NCBI RefSeq assembly: GCF_030028105.1
Contig: NC_092379.1
Coordinates: forward strand, 22,297,309-22,361,308
Direction: 5' to 3'
Length of the DNA: 64,000 nt
Source: Mobula birostris
Lineage: Eukaryota
Shown here piece by piece: positions 62,155 through 64,000 of this stretch; position 1 is the first letter of the stretch; every line of letters begins with the position of its first letter. Under the pieces are notes generated by a model. It saw only the letters and a list, made by a program, of their open reading frames with translations, ran no database searches and was not told the origin of the DNA. A program made the position numbers and the translations under genes.

Positions 62155-62890
62155 CAATCAGAATCAGAATCAGGTATAATATCACCAGCATATGTTGCGA
62201 AATTCATTCTCTTTGCGGCAGCAGCACAATGCTATACACAATCGAGAGAAAACATCAATTACAGTGAGTATATATAGATTAAATAGTTAAATTAAATAAA
62301 TAATGCCAAAGTAGAAATAAAAAACGAGTGAGATAGTGTTCATGAGTTCAATTTCAATTCATATATTGGATGGCAGAGGGGTAGAAGTTGTCCCTGCATC
62401 ATTCAGTGTGCAGCTTCCATCCACTGTACCTCCTTCCTAATGGTAGCGATGAGAACAAGGCATGACCTGGGTGTTGGGGGTCCCTAATGATGGACGCTGT
62501 CTTTTTGAGGCGTCACTCCTCGAAGATGGCCTGGACACTACGGAGGCCAGTGCCCATGATGGAGTTTACAACCCTCTGCAGCTTACTTGGATCCTGTGCA
62601 GTACCACCCCTACCCCTCCAGACCAGACAGTGATGCAGCCATTCAGAATGCTGTCCATGGTACATCGGTAGAAACTTGCAAGTGTCTTTGGTGACATATG
62701 AAATCTCCTCAGACTCCTAAAGAAATACAGCCACTGTCAAACCTTCTTTGTAGTTGCACCACCACATTGGGTTCTGGATAGATCCTCTGAGATATGGACA
62801 CCCAGGAACCTGAATTCTTCCACCACACTCCTTTGACATTACGTTCTAGATCTGAACAAATCATTGCAGATAATACAAAATAATTTCCCC
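62155..62890 (-). mobile_element. Rex-Babar 3' fragment in the CH1-CH2 intron
   Basis: (ATCAGA)n tail at 62157-62172; colinear with 36300-37125. Confidence 0.8.
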
Positions 62891-63257
62891 CGTCCATTCA
62901 ATTCTTCCTTCCTCTTTATCCTAAAGTTGTAGTTCCCAAGTTCCATCCCATCTGCTCTAGCTCACAGGAGATGGTACTAGCCTTTCTGCACTTTGTGTCT
63001 ACCCCACCAGCGTTATTGCAGTCTTGCACCTCCACACTATTTGCCCACCTCTGCCCATAGTTACTGCCAAGTGGGACCCGTTGCTAAAGAGGATTGGATC
63101 ATACACCCAAAACCCCCCCGCTCATAGTTCTGTCCAGTATCTCTGTGTTGAGCCAGCACATCAGCAGATCACTGGTAAATATTGTGGCGGGAGAATGCAG
63201 TCCAACTACGCTCTAGCTCCAACAAACACGTAACAGCAGCTATTAAATGTGTTGCAG

Positions 63258-63554
63258 TTCTGAATCTCATCTCCCTTGTTCCATCCCCGGAGGATGTCCA
63301 AAGTCAAGCCACTGCTGTCCTGGGCTGTATGATCTATGGATTCCATCATCGCAAATTTAATATTGCCTGGAAGAAAGATGGATTGATTCAAACGGGCAAC
63401 ATTGTCCCTTCCACTTCAAGAAGCAATGCTAGTTCTGAAACCTTCACTTACCTGTCAATGCCTATGAAGGACTGGATCAACAAATCTGAATATACTTGTG
63501 AGGTGAAACATCCCTATGGCTTCAGCAAAATGGTCAGCATGAGATATGCAGACG
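63258..63554 (+). CDS. IgW: Ig heavy-chain constant exon CH2, IgW-like
   Basis: Acceptor TGTGTTGCAG in phase 1; LISLVPSPEDV..TAVLGCMIYGF..AWKKDG..DWINKSEYTCEVKH; donor G|GTGAGT; N-glycan sequons NAS and NKS. Confidence 0.88.
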
Positions 63555-63719
63555 GTGAGTCATGCTTGAAAGAAATTTACTTATCATGTCAAACTATCTC
63601 ACTGACACTCCTACCCAATTCTTGACTCTTATATCAGTCTTGTTCAGCCACGCATGTTCTTTTGCACACTGAATCAATACTTTCCAACAGTAACTTTAAC
63701 CCCTGACTACTGGACAGCA

Positions 63720-64000
63720 AAGATTCAAGGCAGGATCCCCTACCCATTCAATCTCACATAATTTTTTACTGTTAATGGTAAAACCCTCAACAGTATTACC
63801 GTACAGAGAAATCTTGTGTTCTCAATCCATAGTTCCCTGAAAGTGGTTGCATAGGTTGATATAGTGTAAAGAAGGCAAATGGAATGCACGCCATTATTAG
63901 TTAAGGCATTAAGTTCAAGAGTTCAAAAGTTATGTTGCAACTTTTGAAAATCCTAGTTAGGCTGCATCTGGAATATTGAATAAATATTATTCCTTAAGGA
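63720..64000 (+). mobile_element. CR1 fragment running off the window end
   Basis: Degenerate VKKANGMLAII-RGIEFKS motif. Confidence 0.6.

Overview
Eukaryotic genomic DNA from a cartilaginous fish (inferred from the IgW-type constant exons and the CR1, Rex-Babar and Penelope repeat landscape). Most of the window is decayed transposons: CR1, Rex-Babar and Nimb-like LINEs, Penelope-like elements, tRNA-derived SINEs, Tc1 and Chapaev3-like DNA transposons and a solo LTR. The only host gene I can support is one cluster-type immunoglobulin heavy-chain gene on the + strand. It has a promoter, leader exon 39815-39860, V exon 39961-40277, one J at 40681-40728, a 20.6-kb J-C intron, and IgW-like CH1 (61360-61668) and CH2 (63258-63554); the gene probably continues past the window. 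The most notable feature is the recombination logic. The V ends in a D-like extension (CAK-DGGTPVY) followed by a 12-bp-spacer RSS, no D segment lies in the 336 bp before the J, and the J has a 23-bp-spacer RSS. This is a heavy chain that rearranges in a single V(D)-to-J step, most simply explained as a germline-joined VD that is still RAG-competent. The V is also unusual at light-chain interface positions, CH1 has no spare cysteine, and a solo LTR with a perfect octamer sits just 3' of J. Repeat boundaries are approximate (tens of bp) unless a TSD or TIR is quoted. Family assignments come from motif recognition, not database searches.
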